Assembly (NCBI GenBank): GCA_963667845.2
Contig: CAXXVL010000001.1
Location: 579,761-643,760, forward strand
DNA length: 64,000 nucleotides
Source: Smithellaceae bacterium
GTDB lineage: Bacteria > Desulfobacterota > Syntrophia > Syntrophales > Smithellaceae
Direction: 5' to 3'
The notes under the pieces were generated by a model. That model had not been told where the DNA came from. It ran no database searches and saw only the letters and a program-made list of their open reading frames with translations. Positions 55,988-63,919 of this stretch are shown one piece after another; position 1 is the first letter of the stretch; every line of letters starts with the position of its first letter. The position numbers and the translations under genes were made by a program.

Positions 55988-57253
55988 TTATTGCCTGTCG
56001 GCACTTGATAGTTCCGTGCGGTAAAAAGTTGCGGCGGCTTCCTGCTCCAGGGCTACCGATTTTCCGATGTCGGCCATGTTGTCGACGAGCAGTTTGGTGA
56101 TGCGCGTGTCGCGCATTCCAAGATTGGCCTGCTCCCGGAGAATCTTCCTGATGGCCTCCTTTTTCATGCCTTTGCGATACGGCCGGTCTTCTGCAATGGC
56201 CGTGAACAAATCGGCCACGGCCATGATTCTTGCGCCCTGATCGATGACGCCTTCCGGCAATTTGAAGGGATAACCTTTGCCGTCGAGCCGTTCGTGGTGG
56301 TAGGCGGCCCAGCCGGCGATGGTTTGGAATCCGGGAATCGTGTTGAGGATGGCGAAAGTGTGATAGGTATGCTGTTTCACCACGTTCATCTCGGCCGTGG
56401 TCAGCCCCGCCGGTTTTTCCAGAATGGCATTCGGAACGACCAGCTTGCCCAGATCGTGGAGCAGGCCCGCCACTTCCATCAGGTCGATTTCGGCCCGGGT
56501 CATACCGGCGATTTCGGAGAGCAGGGCGACTGATCGGGAAACGCCGGCGGAATGGGTTGCTGTAAAAGACGACTTGAAATCGATGACCATGCCCAGAAGC
56601 CCGGCGAAGGCTTTAATACCGGTCATGTCCAGTTCAATTTGCGGCAAGGCGTTTTTTCGGCCAAGCAGTGCATAAAGGCGGGGAGAAGACAGGTCCAGCC
56701 AGAATTCCTCGCGTCCGGCCAATTCGCCGAACAGGTCAACGATGTCCGGATTAAGCTCTCTGCCGGCAAGCGCCCGCAGCCGATCGAGAAGCCTCTCCAC
56801 CTGGTTCAGAATATAGACGCCGCGGTCAATGTGCCGCTCCAGATCGTCCGCCAGATGCAGAATTTGCGCGTCCACGGCAGCAGGAGCGTTGCGGGGCTCC
56901 TCCGATGCCGACCAGGCAAGGTGATGGTTTCTGACCAATCCCGCGCAGGACGCAAGCCAGGGGCTCCTCTGGAAGAGGCGCTCGCCCCGAATGCAATGCC
57001 GTTCAAAAGCATAGGTGTCGATGTCATGGACTGCTTTCTTTTCTTCTATCGAGAGCGCTCCGATGTCATGCAGCAGACCGGCAATAAAGATATTTTCACA
57101 TCGTTCACGGCTGAGATTTCCCTGTTTTGCCAATTCCCAGGCAATGAAGGCAACCCGCTGCTGATGCGCGGCAAGCGAAGGGAAAGCCATATCCAGCGCA
57201 TCTGAAAATGCTAAAACCAGATTCCCCAGATTCACCGATACTGTCTCCAGCAT
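55988..57253 (-). CDS. Tandem HD-domain protein, C-terminal HD-GYP (c-di-GMP phosphodiesterase type)
   Basis: First HD 'GLLHDIGAL'. Second 'GLLHDLGKLVVP...HHERLDGKGYP' (HD-GYP signature). Confidence 0.85.
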   Translation of the reverse strand: MLETVSVNLGNLVLAFSDALDMAFPSLAAHQQRVAFIAWELAKQGNLSRERCENIFIAGLLHDIGALSIEEKKAVHDIDTYAFERHCIRGERLFQRSPWLASCAGLVRNHHLAWSASEEPRNAPAAVDAQILHLADDLERHIDRGVYILNQVERLLDRLRALAGRELNPDIVDLFGELAGREEFWLDLSSPRLYALLGRKNALPQIELDMTGIKAFAGLLGMVIDFKSSFTATHSAGVSRSVALLSEIAGMTRAEIDLMEVAGLLHDLGKLVVPNAILEKPAGLTTAEMNVVKQHTYHTFAILNTIPGFQTIAGWAAYHHERLDGKGYPFKLPEGVIDQGARIMAVADLFTAIAEDRPYRKGMKKEAIRKILREQANLGMRDTRITKLLVDNMADIGKSVALEQEAAATFYRTELSSADRQ

Positions 57254-57336
57254 GTTCCTCCGCCCGGTAAGGCAATCAGTTCATCCCGGGTTTACTACCA
57301 ACCGTGAAAATATCCGGGAACGTCCGCGTCCCCGGT

Positions 57337-57440
57337 CTCAATCCCGCTTAAGCGGAACGGGCGTTAATTCTCCGCAGCTTGCTGCGATACAATGACGTTC
57401 ATTTCATACCTCGACAGATTACTGCGAGGTGTTTGATTGT
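57337..57440 (+). repeat. REP/MITE-like element family 1, copy F (long form)
   Basis: 'tcaatcccgcttaagcggaacgggcgttaattctccgcagcttgctgcgatacaatgacgttcatttcatacctcgacagattactgcgaggtgtttgatt'. Confidence 0.85.
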
Positions 57441-57719
57441 CTATTGCTTCACTTTAACCACTTCAAAAAGGATCTCGGGCGCACCGATGACCCCCGCCCG
57501 CTCAGACGTCGTCTTGAGGAATTTCGATTCGAAAAACGTGCGGGCCGTCGCCACGTCGTTCCATTGAAATAAAACTGCGACGTTATTGGGCTTCTTTTCA
57601 TCGCGGAAGATGCTGGCTCCCTTCGATCCCGACTCCTTCCTGATTTTTTCCTGCTCATCAAACACTTCTTTCCATTGGGCGTAGTCCTTGACTTTATGAT
57701 GAACGATAATGTGAACCAT
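57441..57719 (-). CDS. Small ABM/Dabb-like alpha+beta barrel protein
   Basis: 'MVHIIVHHKVKDYAQWKEVFD...' has a ferredoxin-like beta-alpha-beta pattern. The ATG at 57719 follows 'aaaggagaaagg'. The family call is approximate. Confidence 0.55.
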   Translation of the reverse strand: MVHIIVHHKVKDYAQWKEVFDEQEKIRKESGSKGASIFRDEKKPNNVAVLFQWNDVATARTFFESKFLKTTSERAGVIGAPEILFEVVKVKQ

Positions 57720-58082
57720 GATCCTTTCTCCTTTCATCTGTTTTGGGTTTCGTAAACAAATAACGGCCTCGAAAATATAAGCGGCCGGTTTTCACATCGC
57801 TTTGAGCCGGAGCGTCGAACTCAAAGATAAAGAACAGCGGAAAAAAGGTCCCGCCTGCTTATCCGATACCGATGCCAGTTCTCCATATCTTCATAAATAA
57901 TTAATAAAATTACATTTTTTCCGTCACATGCGCCTTGTTGCTTAATATAGGTCTCTTTTTTTCAAAGGCAATACGATCCGGTCGACCGGTTACGGCAGAC
58001 CCTCTGATTTTTCGCAAACTGTTGTTTCTTTGAGACAATTAATCTGTGTTGCGATGCCCGTTCATTTACAGATAACTATTGC

Positions 58083-58112
58083 TTGACAACTAGACGACCG
58101 GTCTATTATGAA
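58083..58112 (+). promoter_or_regulatory. Candidate sigma-70 promoter with overlapping inverted repeat (possible TetR operator)
   Basis: 'TTGACA' at 58083-58088. A/T-rich -10 candidates are 'tattat' (15-nt spacer) and 'tatgaa' (18-nt spacer). The inverted repeat 'tagacGACCGgtcta' (58091-58105) fills the spacer. A related palindrome 'ccggtcgaccgg' lies at 57978-57989. Confidence 0.3.
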
Positions 58113-58124
58113 AGAAAACAATAT

Positions 58125-58226
58125 GAATCCCGATCACTTGGGGGCGAGCGTTAATTCCCTGTCGCTTGCTGCGAAATAATAACGTTCATTTCATACCTCG
58201 ACAGCTTGCTGCGAGGTGGTTGATTA
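58125..58226 (+). repeat. REP/MITE-like element family 1, copy G (long form)
   Basis: 'gaatcccgatcacttgggggcgagcgttaattccctgtcgcttgctgcgaaataataacgttcatttcatacctcgacagcttgctgcgaggtggttgatt'. Ends about 8 nt before the SD 'aaggagg' of the next gene. Confidence 0.85.
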
Positions 58227-58243
58227 ATTCAAGGAGGCCGCCG

Positions 58244-59329
58244 ATGAATAATATCTACGAACAACTCAGGGAAATCCTGGATTCTCACCCGTCCACAGCG
58301 CCTAAGGGAGAGGCTGTCGGGGAAATTCTGCGCATTCTTTTTACGCCCGAAGAGGCGGCGGCTGCCGTCAAGATGAGCTTCAAACCGAAAAGTCCGGTCG
58401 TCCTTGGCCAGGCGGCAGGTGTGCCCGAAAATGAGATGATGGCGCATTTGGAGTCCATGGCCGATAAAGGCATTATTTTTTCCAAGAATAGAGACGGCAA
58501 AAAACTCTACGGGCTCGTGCCGCTTATCCCCGGCGTCTTTGAGTTTCCCTTCATGAAGGGAGGCGGCTCCCCGATGCACGACCGTCTGGCGAGGCTTTGG
58601 GAATCCTATCACCATGAAAGCCTGGGTTCGTCTTTTGCCGGCAACCCGACGCCGATGATGAGGGTTGTCGCTGTGGAAAAATCAGTTACGCCGCAAGATC
58701 GCATCCATCCCTATGAAGAAGTCAAACACTTGATTGAAAATTCCAATTACATCGCGCTGACGAACTGCGCGTGCCGCGTGAGCGTCGCCAAATGTGATAA
58801 ACCGAAAGAAGTCTGCCTCATCTTTGAGGGTGTGGGCGAATTCCTTGTGGAGCGCGGATTTGCGCGCGAGATCAGCAAAGAAGAAGGGATCAAAGTCCTG
58901 GATCAGGCGGAAGCAGCGGGTCTGGTTCATACCAGCAACAACAGCGCGGATAAGGCCAGTGTCATCTGCAACTGCTGCCGGTGCTGCTGCACGGTTTTGC
59001 GGGGGCGGACGCAGTTGAATCATCCGCACGCCTTTGAACCCAGCCGCTTTGCGGCCTTTGTGAAAAGCGATGATTGCCTCGCGTGCGGGGTCTGCGCGGA
59101 CGAACGCTGTCCGATGCAGGCGATTGAGGTCGGGGAAGATGCTGCCCTGGTTCATGAAGAGAAGTGCATCGGCTGTGGATTGTGTGTTTCCACGTGTCCG
59201 TCAGGCGTCATGGGCCTGATCGAGCGCAAGCAGATTCCGTCTGTTCCGGCGACAACCCAGGACATGGCGCTTAAAGTCCTGGAAGAGAAGGGCAGGCTGG
59301 ATGCTTTCATGAAGGTCATGATGAGTTAG
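58244..59329 (+). CDS. Cys-rich Fe-S protein: wHTH-like N-domain + CxC/CxCCxCCC module + 2x[4Fe-4S] ferredoxin domain
   Basis: Start 'MNNIYEQLREILDS' after 'aaggagg'. 'LTNCACRVSVAKCDKPKEVC', 'VICNCCRCCCTV', 'CLACGVCADERCP' and 'CIGCGLCVSTCP'. The ORF-track N-extension only translates REP copy G. Confidence 0.8.
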   Translation: MNNIYEQLREILDSHPSTAPKGEAVGEILRILFTPEEAAAAVKMSFKPKSPVVLGQAAGVPENEMMAHLESMADKGIIFSKNRDGKKLYGLVPLIPGVFEFPFMKGGGSPMHDRLARLWESYHHESLGSSFAGNPTPMMRVVAVEKSVTPQDRIHPYEEVKHLIENSNYIALTNCACRVSVAKCDKPKEVCLIFEGVGEFLVERGFAREISKEEGIKVLDQAEAAGLVHTSNNSADKASVICNCCRCCCTVLRGRTQLNHPHAFEPSRFAAFVKSDDCLACGVCADERCPMQAIEVGEDAALVHEEKCIGCGLCVSTCPSGVMGLIERKQIPSVPATTQDMALKVLEEKGRLDAFMKVMMS

Positions 59330-59339
59330 GAAAAAGCGA

Positions 59340-59948
59340 ATGAACACGACGACGAGAACAAGCACCCGTGACGAGATCATCCGCAAGGGAGCCCAGCTGA
59401 TCCATGCCCGGGGCTATAAGGCTACGGGCATTCAGCAGATTCTGGATGCCGCGGGGATTCCCAAAGGGTCGTTTTATTTTTATTTCAAAAGCAAGGATGA
59501 TTTCGGCTCGGCGGTGATTGATTACTTTGCCTTGACCATCGGTGAATTGTTCACCGGTCATTTGCGTGATGACCGGAAAACGCCGCTGGATCGTCTGAGT
59601 AAGCTTTTGGACTACTATGAGTCGGCATTCCGGAAGAGCGGTGCGACGCTCGGTTGTCCGATCGGCAATTTGTCGCTGGAGCTGGCCGATGCCAATGAGG
59701 CTCTGCGCAAACGCCTGCAGGCCGCCGTGGAAGGATTTGTCACCCAGATTGAATCGTGCCTTTCGGAAGCCAAATCCTGCCGCCAGCTGCCCTCGGAATT
59801 TAATACGGCGGACTCGGCTCGCCTTATTTTTCATGGACTGGAAGGCGCAATTCTGCATATGAAGGTTTCCAGGAGCATTGAGCCGCTCAGGGCGTTTCGC
59901 CGTTACTTGAACATCTACCTGGCAGGGGGTTGTAAAGAAGATGCATGA
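59340..59948 (+). CDS. TetR/AcrR-family transcriptional regulator
   Basis: 'TRDEIIRKGAQLIHARGYKATGIQQILDAAGIPKGSFYFYFKSKDD' is a canonical TetR_N HTH. Confidence 0.88.
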   Translation: MNTTTRTSTRDEIIRKGAQLIHARGYKATGIQQILDAAGIPKGSFYFYFKSKDDFGSAVIDYFALTIGELFTGHLRDDRKTPLDRLSKLLDYYESAFRKSGATLGCPIGNLSLELADANEALRKRLQAAVEGFVTQIESCLSEAKSCRQLPSEFNTADSARLIFHGLEGAILHMKVSRSIEPLRAFRRYLNIYLAGGCKEDA

Positions 59949-60291
59949 ATTGCCGATTACGGAGAGTATTTTGAAAATTGTGCTCGCTCACGCGGAAAAA
60001 AACGATGTCCGGCGGGTGATGGTTATTCATCTGCGCATCGGGAAGCTGAGCGACCTGGAAGATGAATGGATGCAAAGATATTTTGATTACGTGAGCCGCG
60101 ATACAATAGCCGCGGGCGCAAAGCTTAAGATCGAACGGTCGCCGGTGATGCTGCAATGCAATGCCTGCGCCGAATCCTACCCGGTGGAGGTCGCCGACAT
60201 GAAAGACACCGTCTGCCCCGCCTGCGGCGGAAAAGATGCTCAGCTGATTTCCGGACGGGAATACTATATCAAAAACATGGAGGTACAATAG
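59941..60291 (+). CDS. hypA: Hydrogenase/nickel-enzyme maturation metallochaperone HypA
   Basis: N-terminal Ni site 'MHELPIT'. Zn knuckles 'CNAC' and 'CPACGG'. 116 aa. Overlaps the tetR stop by 8 nt. Confidence 0.85.
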   Translation: MHELPITESILKIVLAHAEKNDVRRVMVIHLRIGKLSDLEDEWMQRYFDYVSRDTIAAGAKLKIERSPVMLQCNACAESYPVEVADMKDTVCPACGGKDAQLISGREYYIKNMEVQ

Positions 60292-60956
60292 TGGACGATG
60301 TAAGGCTCATAGAAGTCAAGGAAGAAATTCTCGCCGACAACAATCAGGTGGCTGCAGGCGTTCGCAAGCGGCTGGCCGGGACAAAGACCCTGCTCCTGAA
60401 TCTGATGTCCTCTCCGGGCTCGGGAAAAACGAGTCTGATCGTGAAGACGATCGAGGGCCTGAAAGGCTCCGTAAGACTCGGTGTTGTCGAGGCCGATATC
60501 GATTCCAAAGTGGATGCGGAAAAAGTGGCAGCTATGGGGATACCGGCCGTTCAGCTCCGGACGGGAGGCTTCTGTCATCTCGACGCCACGATGGTCACAC
60601 AGGGTATCGATGCCCTGCCCGCCGGGGATTTGGATTTGATTATTATTGAAAACGTCGGCAATCTGGTCTGCCCCGCCGAATTCGATACGGGCGCTCACAA
60701 AAACGTGATGATCCTGAGCGTTCCCGAAGGCGACGACAAGCCGCTCAAGTACCCGCTCATGTTTTCGATCTGCGATGTTCTGCTGGTGAATAAGATCGAT
60801 TACCTGTCGCTTAGCGACTTTGATCTCGCGAAGCTTCGCCAAAGGGTCCTGGCCTTGAATCCCGACATTAAAATTATCGAAGTGTCCTGTAAAACCGGTG
60901 CGGGCATCGGGGAGTGGGTCGACTGGCTCAAGAAAGAAGTGACCGCTTTTAAATAA
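60291..60956 (+). CDS. hypB: Nickel-inserting GTPase HypB (G3E/SIMIBI family)
   Basis: GTG start overlapping the hypA stop (TAGTG). P-loop 'SSPGSGKTSL', 'GGFCHLDA', 'IENVGNLVCPA' and 'NKID'. It has no His-rich or CxxCGC N-terminal extension. Confidence 0.85.
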   Translation: MDDVRLIEVKEEILADNNQVAAGVRKRLAGTKTLLLNLMSSPGSGKTSLIVKTIEGLKGSVRLGVVEADIDSKVDAEKVAAMGIPAVQLRTGGFCHLDATMVTQGIDALPAGDLDLIIIENVGNLVCPAEFDTGAHKNVMILSVPEGDDKPLKYPLMFSICDVLLVNKIDYLSLSDFDLAKLRQRVLALNPDIKIIEVSCKTGAGIGEWVDWLKKEVTAFK

Positions 60957-61305
60957 CTTCAATGCCTTCTATCCGGAACGCTGTGCCCGACAGAAGCGTA
61001 TAGTTCGGCGTCAGGCAGCCAGGACAAAGAATTGCTTTACCGGCCATGGCGTCGGGATCGATTTCAAAATCCCTGCCGCAGTCGCGGCAGCGGCAGACGA
61101 TGGGATCGTGGATAACCAGGATTTCTGCGTCCTCGGCTATCGTCCCGCGGCTTATGTAATTGAAGTAATGCTGAATCCACTCTTTCTGGATATCGCGAAG
61201 CGCTCCCAGTCTGAGCGCAATGGTTACCACCTTCCGGGAATTCGTCTGCCCCGCGTACTTGAGCGCCGTTTCCAGGATGTTTTTTGTCAGGGAAAGCTCG
61301 TGCAT
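60949..61305 (-). CDS. hypA: Second HypA paralogue
   Basis: 'MHELSLT', 'CRCRDCG' and 'CPGC'. 118 aa. Convergent with hypB, with the 3' ends overlapping by 8 nt. Confidence 0.85.
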   Translation of the reverse strand: MHELSLTKNILETALKYAGQTNSRKVVTIALRLGALRDIQKEWIQHYFNYISRGTIAEDAEILVIHDPIVCRCRDCGRDFEIDPDAMAGKAILCPGCLTPNYTLLSGTAFRIEGIEVI

Positions 61306-61316
61306 GACGAAAGGCT

Positions 61317-62429
61317 CTAATTGCCGGCTTTGGCCGCGAGTCTCGCTTTGTCGATCTCGGCTTTTTCCAATCCCATGAGATCCTGATTATCAAAAAACTT
61401 TTCCACCTGGGGAAGGGTCAGCAGGTGGTCGGGTTTTCGCTCCAGGATCAGGGAATCGGTCGGGCAGGTGGTCACACACAGACCGCAGCCGACGCAGTAT
61501 TCCCTGTTGAGGACAGTCTCGTCATCCGCATTGAGAGTCATCGCCTTGACGGGACAGCGCTCGACACATTTTCCGCAGTTGACACAGCTTTCCTCATCTT
61601 TGGTGCATTTGTAGTTGCCCCAGGAATCATAACCCGTGCCGTGATGGATCTTGGCGGCCATCAGAAAACCACAGTGACACTTGGAGCAGTTGCAGAAACC
61701 GGAGCAGTCTTTGGCGTGGGCCATCTGTACAAACAGCCCGGCGCTCTCGTCCTGGTGCAGGATTGCGAGGGCCCGCTCGATGGTGATCACGCGCGGGTTG
61801 GCGATTTTTGTCTCCAGGAGATATTCCGCCATCGAACCGAAAGCGATACAGACGTTCATTTCATCCGTGCACTGGCAGTGCCTTTTGGCAAACGTGGCAA
61901 CTTTTCGACAGGCGCAGTCACTCGCGACAATCAATTTCTGCTTTTTAATGATGGCTTCAATATCATCATCCGGCAGCAGCTTTCCGTCTTTGACCGTATC
62001 GGCTCGGACCGGAACAACTCTCGCGATCGGAATATGATAGTCCATCAGCACTTTTCCGTACACTTCCGCGTAATACTGCCCCATGTTGAGGGCATCTTTC
62101 TGGTCAATGCAGTCCACATTGAATTCCCAAATGCCATGGATGAAGGGAACGATCCGGTATCGCTTCTCCAGACCCTCCCGCTCCCAATACAGAAGACCTC
62201 TCACGGCCATGGATTCCAGTTTTTTGGTTGCTTCTTCGATGCTCATGTCCAAATCGCGGGCCACCTGTTGGGGCGTTTGCAGACCGCGTTTAAATCTGAT
62301 AAAAATATCCGCGTCTTCCGGTGTGAATACTTTCTTCAGGAATACCAGTTCGGAACCTTTTTCCGTTTTGGGATAACCCTTGGTCATCGAATCCAGCTTC
62401 TGCCGCAGTCTTTCGTATATGTCTTCCAT
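61317..62429 (-). CDS. Cys-rich Fe-S protein, paralogue of 58244..59329
   Basis: 'MEDIYERLRQKLDS', 'FTPEDA', 'SDCACRKV...C.C', 'FCNCSKCHC', 'CVNCGKCVERCP' and 'CVGCGLCVTTCP'. Collinear with the other copy. Only an 11-nt gap to hypA2. Confidence 0.8.
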   Translation of the reverse strand: MEDIYERLRQKLDSMTKGYPKTEKGSELVFLKKVFTPEDADIFIRFKRGLQTPQQVARDLDMSIEEATKKLESMAVRGLLYWEREGLEKRYRIVPFIHGIWEFNVDCIDQKDALNMGQYYAEVYGKVLMDYHIPIARVVPVRADTVKDGKLLPDDDIEAIIKKQKLIVASDCACRKVATFAKRHCQCTDEMNVCIAFGSMAEYLLETKIANPRVITIERALAILHQDESAGLFVQMAHAKDCSGFCNCSKCHCGFLMAAKIHHGTGYDSWGNYKCTKDEESCVNCGKCVERCPVKAMTLNADDETVLNREYCVGCGLCVTTCPTDSLILERKPDHLLTLPQVEKFFDNQDLMGLEKAEIDKARLAAKAGN

Positions 62430-62647
62430 CTTTCTTTCTCCTGTCTCAACTTCAGCGTAAATGCATCACGTATAATATTTGTCTTCTGACGGTGTCGTGC
62501 TCCTTAACATGCCCCTTGCGCGACGGCCACCATTAATTTTTCATCTTTTTAAACGGTGTATTTGCGATGGCTGATCCGAATAAACACGGCGGCACCCAAA
62601 ATGTGATTCAGGCGGCCGCCGCTCCGGCGGATTTTTGAAGATTTCTT

Positions 62648-62744
62648 AATGCCGCTGACGCGGGGCGAGCGTTAATTCCCTATCGCTTGCTGCAATATAA
62701 TGACGCTCATTTCATGCCTCGACAGCCTGCTGCGAGGTGGTTGT
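62648..62744 (+). repeat. REP/MITE-like element family 1, copy H (long form)
   Basis: 'aatgccgctgacgcggggcgagcgttaattccctatcgcttgctgcaatataatgacgctcatttcatgcctcgacagcctgctgcgaggtggttg'. Confidence 0.85.
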
Positions 62745-62745
62745 T

Positions 62746-63162
62746 TTACTGGCCGGACTGCGACCAGCACACGCTCCATTCTGAAGCTGAAGCGCCCTCT
62801 GATTTGCAGGAGGCAACACAGTTTGCATCCTCCTCACTGCAAAGTCTGCCGTTGGCCGTATAATTAAAGCACGCTAATTTTTTGTCGGTGCAGCAACCAA
62901 TGCATTTATTGATGCGTCCGACACGTTCTTCTTCCGATTTTACACCGGCCTGATCTTTCGGAGTATTTACCTTTTCTTTCTCCCGCTCGACTTTAGCCGC
63001 GGATTCTTCAAATCTATCCTTTAACTCACATTTCATCCCCTGTTGCGGTGTGTCGGTGATCACCCTGTTGCCGTCGCGATCCAGGCAACTGTAAAGTTCT
63101 CCTGCATGAGCAGTGGTCATGACGGCGATAAAGACACCCAGAATTAAAAGTATTTGTTTCAT
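62746..63162 (-). CDS. Secreted Cys-rich protein with DUF4124-like N-domain
   Basis: Signal peptide 'MKQILLILGVFIAVMTTAHA'. 'ELYSCLDRDGNRVITDTPQ' resembles DUF4124. The C-terminal third has 8 Cys. Confidence 0.55.
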   Translation of the reverse strand: MKQILLILGVFIAVMTTAHAGELYSCLDRDGNRVITDTPQQGMKCELKDRFEESAAKVEREKEKVNTPKDQAGVKSEEERVGRINKCIGCCTDKKLACFNYTANGRLCSEEDANCVASCKSEGASASEWSVCWSQSGQ

Positions 63163-63361
63163 TTTGTTTCCTCTATAATTGATTTCGTTATGAAACGTTT
63201 AAGAATCCTCTCCCATATCGATAAGAATAGTCGCTTTATCTTTAATACAATATGTTAGCATTTTTCTCAAGAAGTGAACCATACAGCAGGAGCGTTCGGA
63301 AAGGCCGGGCAGCGGTCTGATCGCAGACTTCCCATTCGCTTTTCCAGGGAGGCGCAATGAG

Positions 63362-63919
63362 CTATTTTTTGCTGAACATCTTTTTGAGCGCCGCCACAAA
63401 GGGGCCGTCTTCTCGCCAGGCGTGGCACGTGTTGACCAGATATTTCATGACAAACCTGGCCTGATCGGGATCAAAGCCTGTCTTCTTCTGTGATCGGTGC
63501 GCCGCATATCCCTGGATGGCGGCCGGGGCCATGGCCAACACGAGCTCCAGGAGATGGGTGCATCCTTTATTGCCTCCGGCTAATTTTTTGACTTTGGATG
63601 TAAAACCTCTGGTGATGGTGAGGCCTTTGATCCTGGCGAGGCAGTCGGTTGTTTCGCGGCACGCGTCGCGCGGCACGGATGTCAACCGGGCCTCAATGTC
63701 CTCGATGACAAGCGTGGAACAATGAACAAGCAGGCGGATGCCCATATGATGGATGACACCGCTCGGAAGCGTTTCGCCGGTTATCGTATGTGTGTCCTGA
63801 AAGCGATCATCTTTGAGCAACCCCTCTACGATGATTCTGTCGCCGCCATATTCAAAGGTCGATACTTCAATGTGTCTCGAATGTATTTTTTTGTCTTTCG
63901 CGGACCAGTTGGTTTGCAC
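63362..63919 (-). CDS. DUF2889-like protein
   Basis: 185 aa. 'HSRHIEVSTFEYGGDRIIVEGLLKDDR...HHMGIRLLV...CTHLLEL' resembles DUF2889. The call is approximate. Confidence 0.55.
   Translation of the reverse strand: MQTNWSAKDKKIHSRHIEVSTFEYGGDRIIVEGLLKDDRFQDTHTITGETLPSGVIHHMGIRLLVHCSTLVIEDIEARLTSVPRDACRETTDCLARIKGLTITRGFTSKVKKLAGGNKGCTHLLELVLAMAPAAIQGYAAHRSQKKTGFDPDQARFVMKYLVNTCHAWREDGPFVAALKKMFSKK

Noticed and set aside
57379-58243. ORF 57379..57567 and the N-terminal extension of ORF 58166..59329 ('MLRNNNVHFIPRQLAARWLI').
   Set aside because: These peptides are simply translations of REP family-1 copies F and G. The real Fe-S gene has a strong SD and an ATG at 58244.
2785-62744. CRISPR array formed by the recurring 'gcttgctgcgaggtggttga' repeats.
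   Set aside because: The copies are dispersed kilobases apart in both orientations, separated by ordinary genes rather than regularly spaced short spacers, and no cas genes are present.
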